From an uncultured Candidatus Binatia bacterium (GTDB lineage Bacteria > Desulfobacterota > Binatia > UBA9968 > JAJDTQ01): a stretch of DNA of 64,000 nucleotides. Made by a program: the position numbers and the translations under genes. Location: contig OZ244070.1 of the NCBI GenBank assembly GCA_965215605.1, positions 352,001 to 416,000 on the forward strand, read 5' to 3'. This document shows, in pieces, positions 38,839-49,255 of this stretch (the first letter of the stretch is position 1; the number at the start of each line of letters is the position of its first letter). Below the pieces are notes generated by a model. It made no database searches. It saw only the letters and a list, made by a program, of their open reading frames with translations, and was not told the DNA's origin.

Positions 38839-39915
38839 GTGGGTGATTCACTTCGCTATTACGTGGCGTTCAACGGCGGGCTCACCGTATACGAGGACCG
38901 CGGCGGTGGGCTGGAGGCGTGCGCCGAGCATTTTCCCGGACAGACCGTGGACGGCCTGGCCGGCTCAAAGATCCGGCCCGAGCGCGTCTTTGCCGCCGTC
39001 CCCTTCGACGGCGCCTACCGCACCGACGACGCGGGCAAGAGCTGGAAGAGGGTCATCGAAGGCGACGCCCGCTGCTTCGCGGTGGACCCCCACGACGACC
39101 GCGTGGTGTATGCCGGACTCGGTCCGGTGCAGCTCATGCGCAGCGAGGACAGCGGCGACACCTGGGAGAATCTGGAGAGCCTGCAGCAGATGCCCGAGGA
39201 TGTGCAGAACCAGTGGTGCGTTCCGGGACCGTACGTCGGTATACAGTTCCCGCACGTCTGCAACATCTTCATCCATCCGGACGACGCCAACCTCCTGCTG
39301 CTGACGCTGGAGCACGGCGGGGTCGTGCGCAGCGAGGACCGGGGCAAGACCTGGGAGGACGCCAGCGCCGGCATCGACTATCTCGACATGCACCATATCT
39401 ACAACTACCCGGGCAGCAAGGACCGCTACTACGTGTCGTGCGCCCGGGGTTTCTTCCGTAGCGACGACCGCGGACGCCAGTGGCGCAGGGTCGAGGACGG
39501 CATGCCGTGGGGCTACACCGAGAAGTACAGCTACACCCACGACTGGTTCTTTCTACCGGGCGACAATCCGCGGATGATGGTGTGCGGCGGGCGCGGCTCC
39601 CCCGGAGTCTGGCGCGGCGAGAGCACCAACCCCCACGGCGTGATCATGCTGAGCGATGACGAGGGCGGAACCTGGCGCACCGCCACCAACGGCCTGGCCG
39701 AGATGATGCCGTACATGCCCTGGACCCTGCAGCGCCACCCCGAAGATCCGAACACGGTTTTCGCCGCCATGGGCGATGGCTCCCGCGGCTTCGGGTTCGA
39801 TCCCAAGGACCGGGGCATGGGCGCCGTGTACGTGACCCGTGACCGCGGCGACTCCTGGGAGCCGGTGCTGCCGGAGCTGCCGTCCGTGCTGACCACCTGC
39901 GTGACGCCGCAGTAG
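38839..39915 (+). CDS. BNR/Asp-box beta-propeller protein
   Basis: Repeated S/T-x-D-x-G-x-T/S-W Asp boxes (TDDAGKSW, SEDSGDTW, SEDRGKTW, SDDEGGTW, TRDRGDSW). Confidence 0.85.
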   Translation: MGDSLRYYVAFNGGLTVYEDRGGGLEACAEHFPGQTVDGLAGSKIRPERVFAAVPFDGAYRTDDAGKSWKRVIEGDARCFAVDPHDDRVVYAGLGPVQLMRSEDSGDTWENLESLQQMPEDVQNQWCVPGPYVGIQFPHVCNIFIHPDDANLLLLTLEHGGVVRSEDRGKTWEDASAGIDYLDMHHIYNYPGSKDRYYVSCARGFFRSDDRGRQWRRVEDGMPWGYTEKYSYTHDWFFLPGDNPRMMVCGGRGSPGVWRGESTNPHGVIMLSDDEGGTWRTATNGLAEMMPYMPWTLQRHPEDPNTVFAAMGDGSRGFGFDPKDRGMGAVYVTRDRGDSWEPVLPELPSVLTTCVTPQ

Positions 39916-40024
39916 CCAAGCCGGGCAATCCCGGCCTCGTCACCCCGGGCTCCGGGTCGTCAAGGCCGGACCGCCCTCGACGGCGCGCGCTACATCGCCC
40001 GCACGACGCTCATAGACGCACACA

Positions 40025-41035
40025 ATGAAGAAACTCCAACTCAGCCTGGTCTCCTCCCGGTACGAACGCATCGCCCCGCTCCTCGACGGCACCGTGCCGG
40101 TGGAGGGGGCGGAGTTGGTGTGGACCCACTCGAACCCTTCGGAGACCTTTTGGCGACAGCTTAAGTTCGGCGAGTTCGACGTTGCCGAGATGTCCATGTC
40201 CTCTCTGCTCATCGCCAAGGCCCGGGGCCACGACATGGTGGCCATTCCGGTGTTCCCCTCCCGGCGCTTCATGCACGGAGCGCTGTACGTCCAAAAGGAT
40301 TCCGGCATCCATGGGCCCGAGGAGTTGGCGGGGAAGCGCATCGGCGTGGGCGAATACCAGCAGACCGCCGCCCTTTGGACTCGCGGCACTTTGGAACACG
40401 ACTTCGGCGTGTCCCAATACGGCGTCGACTGGCACATGGAGCGGAGCGAGGCGTTGAGCCACGGCGGCGCCACCGGGTTTGCCCCGCCGGAAGGCATCCG
40501 CTTCCACCGGATCCCGGAGGACAAGAGCCTGATCTCCATGCTGGTGGGCGGGGAACTCGACACGGCCATGCTGCTGAGCACCTTCCATGCCGAGCCCAAC
40601 GTCATCGACCGCTCCACCGGCGACCGCCGGGAAGGCGACGAGGACCTGGTCCGGCCGCTGTTCCCGGACCTGATGGCAGAAGGCAAGCGCTACGTGGAGG
40701 CCCACGGCTTCGTCCCCATCAACCACTGTTTCGTGATCCGGGGAGATGTGCACGAGAAGCACCCCTGGCTCGCCTTCAACCTGTTCGCCGCCTTCGCCAA
40801 GGCCAAGGAGCACTGGCTCCGGCAACTGCCGCGGGCCGTCCCGTCGGACCTCTTCTTCGGCCCGCAGTACCTGGAACAGACCCGTTCCATCGTGGGGCGG
40901 GACCCCTTTCCCTACGGCATCAAGGACAATGCCGCCATGCTGCAAACGCTCATCGACTACTCCTTCGAACAGCAGCTCACGCCGCGCAAGCTGGCGCTGG
41001 AAGAAGTCTTCGCCCCGAGCACGCTGGACCTGTAA
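40025..41035 (+). CDS. 4,5-dihydroxyphthalate decarboxylase-like / PBP2 family protein
   Basis: EFDVAEMSMSS, IPVFPSRRFMH, EYQQTAALW.RG, PINH, DPFPYG. Confidence 0.85.
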   Translation: MKKLQLSLVSSRYERIAPLLDGTVPVEGAELVWTHSNPSETFWRQLKFGEFDVAEMSMSSLLIAKARGHDMVAIPVFPSRRFMHGALYVQKDSGIHGPEELAGKRIGVGEYQQTAALWTRGTLEHDFGVSQYGVDWHMERSEALSHGGATGFAPPEGIRFHRIPEDKSLISMLVGGELDTAMLLSTFHAEPNVIDRSTGDRREGDEDLVRPLFPDLMAEGKRYVEAHGFVPINHCFVIRGDVHEKHPWLAFNLFAAFAKAKEHWLRQLPRAVPSDLFFGPQYLEQTRSIVGRDPFPYGIKDNAAMLQTLIDYSFEQQLTPRKLALEEVFAPSTLDL

Positions 41036-41090
41036 GCGGTCAGGTATTGAACAAGCCTGAAGGGTCTCCCGGAAGCACCAGGATCATCCC

Positions 41091-42083
41091 ATGCAAACCG
41101 CGATTTTCGGCAACACGGGCGAGAAGCTGTCGCGCATCGGGCTCGGCTGTTTCTCCATGTCGGGCGCGTACGGCGCGGCCGACGACGCCGAGTCCATCGC
41201 CACCATTCACCGGGCCATCGACCTCGGGGTTACGCTGCTCGACACCTCCGCCAGCTACGGTCAGGGACACAACCACCGGCTCATCGGCCAGGCGCTGAAG
41301 GGCGGCAAACGCGAAAGGGTCTTCATCCACTCCAAGACCGGCACGGTCCGCGCCCACGACGGCTCGTCGGTGGCCCAGGGCAGCGGCGCGCCGGACCGGC
41401 TGCGCCGGATTTGTGAGACGAGCCTCAAGAATCTCGGCATCGAGACGCTCGATGCGCTGTGCATGTCGCGGGTCGATCCCACCGTGCCCATCGAGGAATC
41501 GGTGGGCGCCATGGTCCGGCTGGTGGAGGAAGGCAAGACCCGCTTCATCGGCCTCTCGGAAGCCGCGCCCGGGACCCTGCGCCGGGCCATGAAGGTCCAT
41601 CCGCTGGTGTCGCTGCAGTACGAGTATTCACTGTGGACCCGCGACGTCGAGAGCGGCCACCTTGCGGCGTGCGGCGAACTGGGCCTCGGGCTGATGGCCT
41701 ATGCGCCGCTCGGTTACGGCTTCCTGGCGGGGACGGTGGGCGGCCGCGACGCGCTGGAAGAAGGCGACACGCGTCACAAGTTTCCACGCTTCTCGGACGA
41801 GAACGCCGCCGCCAACCGGGCGCGCGTGGCGGCCATCCGAAGGGTCGCCGACGCCCACGGCGCGACGCCGGCGCAAGTCTGCATCGCCTGGTTGCTGGCC
41901 CAGGGCGGCAACGTGTTCCCCATCCCCGGCTGCAAGCGGCGCACCCACCTGGAAGAGAACCTCGTGGCCATGGACATCATGTTAACCGCGGAGGACTTCG
42001 CCGTGCTGGATGCGGCGTTTCCGCCGGACGCGGCGGCGGGCGACCGCTATCCGCCCGACGGCATGGCGCGGGTCAATCTCTAG
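41091..42083 (+). CDS. Aldo/keto reductase
   Basis: GLGCFSMSGAYG, DTSASYG, GKTRFIGLSE, EYSLW, AYAPLG, PIPG. Confidence 0.92.
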   Translation: MQTAIFGNTGEKLSRIGLGCFSMSGAYGAADDAESIATIHRAIDLGVTLLDTSASYGQGHNHRLIGQALKGGKRERVFIHSKTGTVRAHDGSSVAQGSGAPDRLRRICETSLKNLGIETLDALCMSRVDPTVPIEESVGAMVRLVEEGKTRFIGLSEAAPGTLRRAMKVHPLVSLQYEYSLWTRDVESGHLAACGELGLGLMAYAPLGYGFLAGTVGGRDALEEGDTRHKFPRFSDENAAANRARVAAIRRVADAHGATPAQVCIAWLLAQGGNVFPIPGCKRRTHLEENLVAMDIMLTAEDFAVLDAAFPPDAAAGDRYPPDGMARVNL

Positions 42084-43093
42084 CGGAACGCCGGCATGAC
42101 TTCGCGCGCGAAGAGGCGCATGGACTTCTTCACCTCCTCGTGCGGGAGGCCGCCGAAGTTGAAGTTGTGGGTCAGGGTGTCGAAGTGGTAATGGCGGCGG
42201 GCGTTGTGGATGATCTCGATGCACTGATCCGGAGTGCCGTAGAGGTTGCGGCCGGTCTCCAGCATCTCCTTCCAGGGATAGACGTAACCCGGAGGAGGCA
42301 GCGCCTTGCGCTGGATCCGTGAGATCTCCTCGTAGCGCGCGATCGCGTTTCCTCCGGCCTCGCGCGCCGCCACGGCGTTCTCGTTGACGTAGGTACGCAG
42401 GTGGTACTGGCAGTGGTAGTCCGCGGGATCGCGACCCGTGGCGACGAGCCCCTCGCGCCACGCCTCTACCCCGGCGCCCACCTTGTCGGGCGGATGGGGA
42501 TGTCCCACGGTCATGATGTGGTAACCGTTGCGGCCGGCCCATCCGAGCCCCTCGGGCGAGGTGCCGGCTACCCAGATGGGCGGCAGCGGCTGTTGCACCG
42601 GCCGCGGGTAGAGCGTGATGTCCTCGAACCGCCAGAAGTCGCCCGCGTGGCTGAAACGCTCATGGGTCCACGCCTTGACGATAATGTCGTGGGCCTCCTG
42701 GTAACGCGCGCGTCCCTCGTCTTGCGGCACCTCGTAGACGCGGTAGTCCAGCGCGGTGTTGCCCAGCCCGATGCCGAACTCGAGCCTTCCCCCGGATATG
42801 GCGTCCACCATGGCGTAGTCCTCGGCCACCTGAAGCGGATGGCGCACGCTCAGGATGGCGATGCACGGCCCCAGGCGGATCCTCGACGTTCTCGCCGCGG
42901 CGGCGGCAAGCATCACCGCCGGATTGGCGATGAGGCCGCCATAGCCCAGGAAATGGTGCTCGTTGAACATGAAGCACTCGAACCCCAGCTCCTCGGCCAA
43001 CTCGATCTGTTCCAGCATTTGCCGGTAGTAGACCTCGTAGGGAGGGTCGAGGTCCGGGTAGTAGGTCGAAAGGATGTTTACGTAGAATCGCAT
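42080..43093 (-). CDS. LLM class flavin-dependent oxidoreductase
   Basis: AEELGFE...EHHF, RTSRIRLG, AEDYAMVDAISGGRLEFGIG, PRPVQQP; start MRFYV at 43093. Confidence 0.92.
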   Translation of the reverse strand: MRFYVNILSTYYPDLDPPYEVYYRQMLEQIELAEELGFECFMFNEHHFLGYGGLIANPAVMLAAAAARTSRIRLGPCIAILSVRHPLQVAEDYAMVDAISGGRLEFGIGLGNTALDYRVYEVPQDEGRARYQEAHDIIVKAWTHERFSHAGDFWRFEDITLYPRPVQQPLPPIWVAGTSPEGLGWAGRNGYHIMTVGHPHPPDKVGAGVEAWREGLVATGRDPADYHCQYHLRTYVNENAVAAREAGGNAIARYEEISRIQRKALPPPGYVYPWKEMLETGRNLYGTPDQCIEIIHNARRHYHFDTLTHNFNFGGLPHEEVKKSMRLFAREVMPAFR

Positions 43094-43116
43094 CGGCGAT
43101 TTCCACCCGGACGGCG

Positions 43117-44112
43117 CTAACCTCGAAACTCCGGCATCACTTCCCTGGCCAGCGCCTCCACCGTCTCCTCGTACACACTCCGGGCGGGAGTCAGCATGAC
43201 GCGCTCGACGCCGGCGTCGGCCAACTCCTCCAGGCGGGCGATGCACTCTTTCGGAGTGCCGGCGATGGCGAACCGCCGCACGAGGTAGTCGGTCAACAGC
43301 GCGGGATCCGACCGCTCCTCCATGGGTTTGGACTGATCGAAGGCGGCCATGAATCTCTTGACGCTTTCAAGCTCTTCTTCCGGAACGGTTTCCATGGTGG
43401 CCTGGAAGTTGTGGTGGACTCGATTGGCGATGCGGCGGCGCACGAGTTGGCGCGCCTCGTCGCCGTCTTCCTTGATGCACACCATGCCGGCGGCCAAGGT
43501 GGCGATCTCGTCCGGCGAGCGCCCGGCCTCGGCGGCGCCCTCGGCGATGCGCGCCAGCGCCCAACCCACGGCCCGGGGCTCCACTCCGCTCGCGACAAAG
43601 ACGCCGTCAGCCGCCCGCCCGGCCAGCCGCAGGCCCCGGGGCCCCTCCACCGCCAGGTACACCGGCGCCGGCAGGAGCCGGTAAGTCACGCGGACCCGGC
43701 CCGTGGGCGTGACCATCTCGCCGCCCTGCAACAGGTTGCGAATGGTGCGGATGCCCTCCTCGAAGTCCTTCATGCGGGTGGCCTTCCGGCCCAGGGCATA
43801 GACCGGACCGTCGCCGGTGCCGAGGCCGAGGACCGCCCGGCCGTCGGAAATCTCGTTCAGGGTGGCCGCCGAGCCCACCAACACCGTGGGTTCCTGATAC
43901 ACCATGTTGGTCACGCCCGTACCGAGCTTCAGACGGGTCGTGGCCATGGCGCAGGTAGCCAGCACCTGGAAAGGGTCCAGCGTGCTGAGCTGGCTGCAGC
44001 CGAGATAAACCCCCTCGAAGCCGAGCTCCTCCGCGTGGACCACGCGTTCCCGTATCCGTGCCACCTCCTTCACGCCGCCGTTGGGACTGTGGAGACTGAA
44101 CTGCATCTGCAT
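43117..44112 (-). CDS. LLM class oxidoreductase (F420/Mer-like)
   Basis: AEELGFE, TTRLKLGTGVTN, SDGRAVLGLGTGD, GPRGLRLAGRAADG. Confidence 0.9.
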   Translation of the reverse strand: MQMQFSLHSPNGGVKEVARIRERVVHAEELGFEGVYLGCSQLSTLDPFQVLATCAMATTRLKLGTGVTNMVYQEPTVLVGSAATLNEISDGRAVLGLGTGDGPVYALGRKATRMKDFEEGIRTIRNLLQGGEMVTPTGRVRVTYRLLPAPVYLAVEGPRGLRLAGRAADGVFVASGVEPRAVGWALARIAEGAAEAGRSPDEIATLAAGMVCIKEDGDEARQLVRRRIANRVHHNFQATMETVPEEELESVKRFMAAFDQSKPMEERSDPALLTDYLVRRFAIAGTPKECIARLEELADAGVERVMLTPARSVYEETVEALAREVMPEFRG

Positions 44113-44282
44113 GATGGACCTCACGACCGCGGTGTTGAACCTTGAAGTTTCACCCCGACTTTGAAAAGCTCCCCCAAATCGATGGACATTGTCATCCGCG
44201 CATCCGCATCATATCTGCCGCAACGGGCCGATGCAAAAACGCACTTGCGCAAAGAGAAGCGCCGTCACCCTTCACCGCGCAG

Positions 44283-44489
44283 GCGCGTGTTCTCCAGCAT
44301 GCTGGGCACATGCGGGCAGCCGGTGTGCTCGGCGAGCAGATTGCGCAGGAAGGGCTGGCCCACCAGCGCCGGCAGGAGCCAGAGCTACAACAGCGCCGCG
44401 GTCCCGGAGAGGATCGAGACCGCGGCCGCGGCGGAGTATACGGCGAGGAACCACCGGGCTTCCCGCGCCACCGCGTTCCGCGCCGACGG
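44283..44489 (-). pseudogene. Internal fragment of a fatty-acid-desaturase-family gene with an in-frame stop
   Basis: Translates ...VAREARWFLAVY...ALL*LWLLPALVGQPFLRNLLAEHTGCPHVPSMLENTR; TAG at 44385-44387; both ends missing. Confidence 0.65.
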
Positions 44490-44525
44490 CGCCCGCCGGG
44501 AACCAATATCACGGAGGAACCCACC

Positions 44526-45518
44526 TTGGGAAATCTCTCACTGACCCTGGCCACCGGCCCGTATGACCGGGTCGAAGCCATCGTCAAGGGCGTGGTCCGG
44601 CCCGAAGGAATCGACGTCACCTGCCTGCAGATCCAGTCGCCGCCGGAGATCTTCACCCGCATGATGAAGACCCGGGCCTTCGACCTGTGCGAAATGTCAC
44701 TGTCCACCTACCTGACCCGGCGGTCCCGGGGATCGTTTCCGTTCATCGCGTTGCCGGTGTTCCCGTCGCGGCTCTTTCGCCATGCCTACATATACGTGAA
44801 CCGGGACCAGAGCATCGTCGAGCCCGGGGATCTCAACGGCAAGCGCGTCGGGGTCCAGGAGTACGGCCAGACCGCGGCGGTGTGGGTCCGCGGCATCCTC
44901 CAGCACAGGCACGGAGTCGATCTCGCCACCATTCAGTGGGTGGAAGGCGGCGTCAACACGCCGCGGCCGCCTGATGACGAGATGGATCTCCGGCCGGTGA
45001 GCGGTCTGGAGATCGAGCCGGCGCCGGCGGACAAGTCCATCAACGACCTGCTGGTGGAGGGCGGCATAGCGGCCTACCTGGGCGCGCGGCAACCCGACGC
45101 CCTCGGGACGCATCCGGACATCGTCCGGCTGTTCCCCGACTACCGCCGGACGGAACGGGACTATTTCCGGGAAACCGGCATCTTTCCCATCATGCATACC
45201 ATCGTCATGCGGGAGGAGCTTCACGAGCGGCACCCGTGGATCGCGGAGAGCATGTTCAAGGCGTTTGAAGCAGCCAAGGCATGGGTGCTGGAGCACATGC
45301 GCTTCACCGGTGCCATGATGTACATGGTCCCGTGGCTCAACGCCGAGGTGGACGAGATCCGCGAGCTGTTCGGCGGCGACCCCTACCCCTACGGCGTGGA
45401 GGCCAACCGCAACAACCTGGACACGTTCATGCAGTATCTCGTGGAGCAGGGGTTCGTGGCGGAGCCGAGGCCGGCGCTGGAGGATCTGTTCACGCCCATC
45501 GTGGGATGGGCGGAATAA
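44526..45518 (+). CDS. 4,5-dihydroxyphthalate decarboxylase-like / PBP2 family protein
   Basis: TTG at 44526 after GGAGG; YDRV, FDLCEMSLS, LPVFPSRLFRH, EYGQTAAVWVRG, FPIMH, DPYPYG. Confidence 0.85.
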   Translation: MGNLSLTLATGPYDRVEAIVKGVVRPEGIDVTCLQIQSPPEIFTRMMKTRAFDLCEMSLSTYLTRRSRGSFPFIALPVFPSRLFRHAYIYVNRDQSIVEPGDLNGKRVGVQEYGQTAAVWVRGILQHRHGVDLATIQWVEGGVNTPRPPDDEMDLRPVSGLEIEPAPADKSINDLLVEGGIAAYLGARQPDALGTHPDIVRLFPDYRRTERDYFRETGIFPIMHTIVMREELHERHPWIAESMFKAFEAAKAWVLEHMRFTGAMMYMVPWLNAEVDEIRELFGGDPYPYGVEANRNNLDTFMQYLVEQGFVAEPRPALEDLFTPIVGWAE

Positions 45519-45673
45519 CCGGGCGGCCTGCTACGAGTCCCCGTCCCACCGCCGCCCCTGGAGACCTGCGACCCGCCTTGACACCTTCGCGACGGAAGGC
45601 GTAGAAGGATTCCAACATGCGGGTTCCCGTATTCTGCGGCGAACCCAAACCCTGTTTCCGAAGGAGTCGTATC

Positions 45674-46174
45674 ATGAGCCACACGTTAGAGCAGTTCGCG
45701 GCAGACTGTCACCGCATCCTCAAGGCGGAGCCCGGCCCCGAAGGACGCCAGAAGGTCGTTTCGCTGGTCGAGGAGATATGCCAGGACGAGGAATTCATCA
45801 ACACGCATGTTGAAGAGGACCAACCGGAGCGGAAAGTGATCTATGAGGATGACGAGCTCGGGTTCTGCATACTGGCCCACCACAACAAGGGCTCCAAGGG
45901 GAGCAATCCCCACGACCACGGCCCGGCCTGGGCCATCTATGGCCAAGCCTCGGGCGAGACCGAGATGACCGACTGGGAGAAGGTCGAGCCCGCGGAGGAA
46001 GGCAAGAAGGGCAAGGCCCGCAAGCTGCGCACCTATACCCTCAAACCCGGCATGGCCCATCTGTACAATGAAGGAGACCTTCACTCGCCCTGGCGCGCGG
46101 ACACCACCAAGCTGATCCGCATCGAGGGCAAGAACATGGCGAAGGTGAAACGTTATCCCTACGAGGCGATCTGA
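45674..46174 (+). CDS. Cysteine-dioxygenase-like cupin protein
   Basis: PHDHGPAWAIYG, GDLHSP; RBS AAGGAG. Confidence 0.72.
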   Translation: MSHTLEQFAADCHRILKAEPGPEGRQKVVSLVEEICQDEEFINTHVEEDQPERKVIYEDDELGFCILAHHNKGSKGSNPHDHGPAWAIYGQASGETEMTDWEKVEPAEEGKKGKARKLRTYTLKPGMAHLYNEGDLHSPWRADTTKLIRIEGKNMAKVKRYPYEAI

Positions 46175-46222
46175 CCGTTCTTTTCGGGGAGAAGGTTCCC
46201 CACATACCGCTGGAGGTGTCCT

Positions 46223-47239
46223 ATGCGTATGAAGTCCTTTCCAGGCGTTTCGCTGCTCGCCCTGTTGCTGGCCGTGCCCCTGTGGACCCTCACCGCCGCC
46301 GCGCCGGCCGGCGCCAAGGAGGTGGTGATCCGCGCCATCTCCGCCTGGCCGCTGAGCATAGACGGCAACACCTGGTACAAGAACTACATCAAGGAAGTGA
46401 ACAAGCGTGGCAAGGGCGTGGTGCAGATTCGGCTCCTGGGCGGAAACGAGGTGGCCTCCGCATTCGAGCAGTTCCAGTCCCTGCGTACCGGCATCGCCGA
46501 CATGACCAACTCCGCGCCCGCCTACTACGTGGGCGAGACGGTCGAAGCCGCAGCCATGAGCCTGATCGCGCCCGACAGCCTGGAGAAGTACCTGGAGGCC
46601 CTGCGCAAGAGCGGCGCCATGGCGATCATCAACAAGGCCTACCGTGAGAAGTCGGAGATGCGCTTCCTGGGCATCACCGTGGCCGGCACCGGCTTCCGCT
46701 TCCTCATGGCCAAGCCCGTCAAGGACCTCGACGGCATCAAAGGCAAGCGGATCCGGGCCTCGGGCGCCCAGGACGCCGCCGCCATCCAGGCCCTCGGCGG
46801 CTCGCCCCAGACCCTCCCGGCCAACGAGCTGTACACGGCGTTGCAGCGCGGCGTGGTGGACGGCGCCTACCGCGCGCCCAACGACGCCTGGAGCTTCGGC
46901 GAGCACAAGGTCTACAAGGCCATGATCGCCACCCCTATCCAGTTCGCGCCGGGCGGCGTCTACATGCCAACGCGGGCATGGGACAAGCTGGCGGACAACG
47001 TGAAGAAGGTGCTGGAGGGGACCATCATCGACATGGAACCCGGGATCCTCAAGTACTTCCAGACCAACGACAATGCCGCGATCAAGAGGCTTGAGAAAAA
47101 CGGCATGAAAGTCATCGAGGTGGACGACGCCGCCAAGAAGCGGCTGTCCGACGCCCGCAACGCCTACTGGCCGGAGCTGCTCAAGCAATCGCCCAAGTAC
47201 GGCGCGCAGATCCAGAAGGCCCTGGCGCCTTACAACTGA
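46223..47239 (+). CDS. dctP: TRAP transporter substrate-binding protein
   Basis: Signal peptide; KGKRIR, LGGSP...ELYTALQRGVVDG. Confidence 0.9.
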   Translation: MRMKSFPGVSLLALLLAVPLWTLTAAAPAGAKEVVIRAISAWPLSIDGNTWYKNYIKEVNKRGKGVVQIRLLGGNEVASAFEQFQSLRTGIADMTNSAPAYYVGETVEAAAMSLIAPDSLEKYLEALRKSGAMAIINKAYREKSEMRFLGITVAGTGFRFLMAKPVKDLDGIKGKRIRASGAQDAAAIQALGGSPQTLPANELYTALQRGVVDGAYRAPNDAWSFGEHKVYKAMIATPIQFAPGGVYMPTRAWDKLADNVKKVLEGTIIDMEPGILKYFQTNDNAAIKRLEKNGMKVIEVDDAAKKRLSDARNAYWPELLKQSPKYGAQIQKALAPYN

Positions 47240-47323
47240 TCCGGGTTCTCCGGACCCGAGACACGGCGGCTGCCGGCCTTGTGTGACAAGGCACTCGGCG
47301 GCCGCCGTCCTTGACCCCACTCG

Positions 47324-47839
47324 ATGCTGAATACGCTGAACCGCGCATTCGACAGGACGAACCGCGTGCTGGGATACGTATCCGCCGCGTTCGTCGTGGT
47401 CATGGCGGTGACCGTCTTGTACGACGTGCTCGCCCGCATGCTCTTCGCCGCGCCCACCATCTGGGTTCTCGACATCAACGAATACCTGCTGGTGTACCTC
47501 TGCTTCGTTCCATCCGCCTGGATCCTCATGAACGACCATCACGTGAAGGTGGAGATCGTAACCGCACGGCTCAGACCGGCATCGCAAGGCAGGCTGCGCG
47601 TCGTCACCGACTTCCTGGGGCTTATCTACTGCATCGTCCTCGCCTGGCAGGGCTGGGTGGTGGCTTGGCACGCGTTCGAGAACGGCTACCGGTTCTCCAC
47701 CGCGCTCAACCTGCCGAAGTTCCCGGTGCTGGTGATCATCCCCATCGGGGCCGCGTGGCTGGGTCTCGCCTTTGTAGTCAGAATCCTCACTGGATCGCAC
47801 GCGCACGCCGCGGCGACTCCCGAGAAGGGAGGCCTCTGA
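47324..47839 (+). CDS. dctQ: TRAP transporter small permease
   Basis: 4 TM segments, YDVLAR, HVKVEI; lies between dctP and dctM. Confidence 0.9.
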   Translation: MLNTLNRAFDRTNRVLGYVSAAFVVVMAVTVLYDVLARMLFAAPTIWVLDINEYLLVYLCFVPSAWILMNDHHVKVEIVTARLRPASQGRLRVVTDFLGLIYCIVLAWQGWVVAWHAFENGYRFSTALNLPKFPVLVIIPIGAAWLGLAFVVRILTGSHAHAAATPEKGGL

Positions 47840-49152
47840 TCTTCCTCGAGTGGTGGATCGTTCTGGTCATCATGTTCGGCGCCCTGATCGTGCTCATGGC
47901 GTCGGGCATCCCGATCGCGTTCGCGTTCGGCGTGCTGAACCTCGGGTTCCTTTATGTGCTGGTGGGCCCGGGCGCGGTCCAGGCCATCGCCCTCAGCAGC
48001 TTCACGAGCATCGGCACCTTCGCGTTCATCGCCCTGCCGCTGTTCGTGCTGATGGGCGAGTTGGTGCTCCACTCGGGGCTGGCCGCCCTCGCCATCACCT
48101 CCATCGGCAAGTGGCTGGGCCGGGTGCCCGGCCGCCTCGCCGTTCTGGCCGTGCTCGCGGGCACGGCGTTCGGCGCCGGCAGCGGCTCCAGCATGGCCAG
48201 CTCGGCCACCCTGGGCACGATCCTGGTGCCGGAGATGCGCAAGCAGGGCTACGACACAGGCCTGGCCGTGGGCACCCTCGCCACCTCCGGGGGGCTCGCG
48301 GTGCTGATCCCGCCCAGCGCGCTGATGGTCATCTTCGGCGGCATCAGCCAGCTCTCGGTGGGGGATCTCCTGATCGGCGGGATCCTGCCGGGACTGCTGC
48401 TGGCCACGCTGCTGTTCGGCTACATCGTCATCATCTGCTCTGTCCGGCCGGATCTGGCGCCGGCCGTGGAGCTGGAGAAGGTATCCTGGAGCGAGCGCCT
48501 GAATGCGCTCTTGTACTTCCTGCCGCTGGTGGTGCTGGTGCTGGTGGTGTTGGGCTCGATCTTCATGGGTATCGCCACCCCCAGCGAATCCGCCGCCATG
48601 GGCGTGGCGGGAGCCTTCTGCCTGGCCGTGGCCTACCGGCGCCTGTCGCGGGAGATCCTGCGCAAGGCCCTGCTGGGGACCGTGGAGGTTTCGGGATTCG
48701 CTCTGCTCATCGTCACCAGCGCCACCGCCTTCAGCCAGATCCTGGCCCACTCCGGCGCCGCCATGGGCCTTTCGATGTTCGCCACCGAGCTGCCGGTGTC
48801 GCCGTGGGTCATCATCGCCAGCATGCAGATTGTGATCCTCATCATGGGCGCGTTCATGGAGCCCATCTCCATCATGCTCATCACGGTGCCGATCTTCTTC
48901 CCGGTGATCCGCTCCCTGGGACTCGACCCGCTGTGGTTCGCCATCGTCACCATGGTGAACATCGAGCTGTCCCTCATCACCCCGCCCTTCGGCATGAACC
49001 TCTTCGTCCTCAAGGGCGTCTCGCCCCCCGACGTCACCCTTGGCGCCATCTACCGCGGCGTCATCCCCTTTGTGCTCATCAACATCATCGCGCTCGCGCT
49101 GGTGATGCTGTTTCCGCCCATCGCCATCTGGCTGCCGGGGCTGATGGGGTAG
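47836..49152 (+). CDS. dctM: TRAP transporter large permease
   Basis: ALPLFVLMGE, GSGSSMA, LIPPS, ATPSESAA, ITPPFGMNLF; start uncertain (CTG 47836 overlapping the dctQ stop, or ATG 47872). Confidence 0.9.
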   Translation: MIFLEWWIVLVIMFGALIVLMASGIPIAFAFGVLNLGFLYVLVGPGAVQAIALSSFTSIGTFAFIALPLFVLMGELVLHSGLAALAITSIGKWLGRVPGRLAVLAVLAGTAFGAGSGSSMASSATLGTILVPEMRKQGYDTGLAVGTLATSGGLAVLIPPSALMVIFGGISQLSVGDLLIGGILPGLLLATLLFGYIVIICSVRPDLAPAVELEKVSWSERLNALLYFLPLVVLVLVVLGSIFMGIATPSESAAMGVAGAFCLAVAYRRLSREILRKALLGTVEVSGFALLIVTSATAFSQILAHSGAAMGLSMFATELPVSPWVIIASMQIVILIMGAFMEPISIMLITVPIFFPVIRSLGLDPLWFAIVTMVNIELSLITPPFGMNLFVLKGVSPPDVTLGAIYRGVIPFVLINIIALALVMLFPPIAIWLPGLMG

Positions 49153-49255
49153 CGTCGGCGAAGCGGCCTCGCGCATAAGCGCCGCTCGAGCCAACTGCCG
49201 GAAACCAAACGGTTTGCATCGCCCGATCGCTTGAGGGAAGAGGAGTGCATGCGAC

